Assembly (NCBI RefSeq): GCF_963921235.1
Contig: NC_086108.1
Coordinates: 11,594,001 to 11,658,000 of the forward strand
Length of the DNA: 64,000 nucleotides
Source of the DNA: Mobula hypostoma
Taxonomy: Eukaryota
Reading direction: 5' to 3'
Part shown: one piece after another, positions 62,985 through 64,000 of the stretch
Layout of the letters: the number at the start of each line of letters is the position of its first letter
Position numbering within the stretch: the stretch's first letter is position 1
The notes under the pieces: generated by a model
The model's input: only the letters and a program-made list of their open reading frames with translations
What the model was told of the DNA's origin: nothing
Databases searched by the model: none
Translations under genes and position numbers: made by a program

Positions 62985-63925
62985 GTGGAAAGGGTGAGTA
63001 CTTTTAAATTCCTGAGTGTCAACATCTCTGAGAATCTACATTGGGCCCAACATACTGATGCAATTACATAGAAGACACAACAATGGTTATATTTCATTAG
63101 ATTAAGGAGACACTTGCAAATTTCTACATATTTACCATGGAGAGCATTCTAACTGGCTGCCTCACCAGAACCTCAGCCAGTTCCATCACGGGCACTAGCC
63201 TGTCCAACATTGAGGACACCTTCAAAAGGCGACACATCAAAAAGATGGCATTCATCGTTAAAGGCCCCCATTGCCCAGGACATATCCTCTTCTCATTGCT
63301 ACTATGAAGGAGGAGGTACAGAAGCCTGAAGACACACAATGATTCATGAACAGCTTCTCCTTTGCCATTAGATTTCTGAAGAAACATTGAACGAATGAGC
63401 ACTACCTCGCTTTTTTTTTGCAGATGTCTGCAGGTGTACCATGGAAAACAATCTAACTGGCTGCATCACTGGTATGCGGGGAGGGGCCACGGCGCAGACT
63501 CAAGATAAGCTGCAGAGAGTTATAAACTGGGCCATGCTCATCATGGGCACTATCCTCCACAGTATCCAGGATATCTTCAAGAAGCGATACCTCAGAAAGG
63601 CAGTGTCAATGGTTAAGGATCCCCATCACCCAGGTCATGCTTTGTTCTCATTGCTTCCATCAGGGAGGAGGCAGAGAAGCCGAAAGACACACACTCAACA
63701 ATTCAGGAACAGCTTCTTCCCCTCTGCTGTCTGATTTCTGAATGGACAATGAACCCATGAACACTAACCACCACATCTTTATTTCTATTTTTGCACTACT
63801 TATTTAACTATATATGCTTACTCTAATTAACATTTTTTTCTGTCTATTGTGATGTATCACATTGTACGGCTGCCACAAAGCAACAAATTTCACAACATAT
63901 GCCAGTGGTATTAAACCTCGTTCTG
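62985..63925 (+). mobile_element. Two tandem Rex/Babar 3' fragments in the LRFN intron
   Basis: ENNLTGCIT...KDPHHPGHALFSLLPSGRR...FRNSFFPSAV; 3' UTR aacaaatttcacaacatatgccagtg. Confidence 0.85.
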
Positions 63926-64000
63926 ATCCCTGATCCCTCATCCAGTTGGGATGTTCCATTCAACACTGTGTGCACAGGGAAGAAATTGGCTACGGGTGCA

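Overview
Vertebrate nuclear DNA, not prokaryotic. The repeat mix (CR1, Rex/Babar, RTE-type, Penelope, V-SINE-like) suggests a cartilaginous fish, probably a ray; this is inference. Most of the window is transposon debris: nested CR1 LINEs (two near-identical young copies), Rex/Babar fragments, SINE-like elements, Penelope elements with minimal hammerhead ribozyme motifs, four solo LTRs, MITEs and mini/microsatellites. The only host coding sequence I can support is a minus-strand LRFN/SALM exon (62003-62645; FN3 end, transmembrane helix, cytoplasmic tail), most like LRFN1; its upstream exons lie beyond the window end. I found no convincing new multi-gene system. Best leads: (1) a ~1.4 kb inverted duplication whose unique core looks better conserved than its TE flank; (2) a young Penelope hairpin insertion with an intact hammerhead; (3) an LRFN tail lacking the ESTV PDZ motif, with a candidate alternative last exon; (4) an IRF/AP-1/NF-kB motif cluster where mammals keep IFN-lambda genes; (5) minisatellites born from, or invaded by, CR1. 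Old repeat boundaries are approximate and identities are hand estimates.
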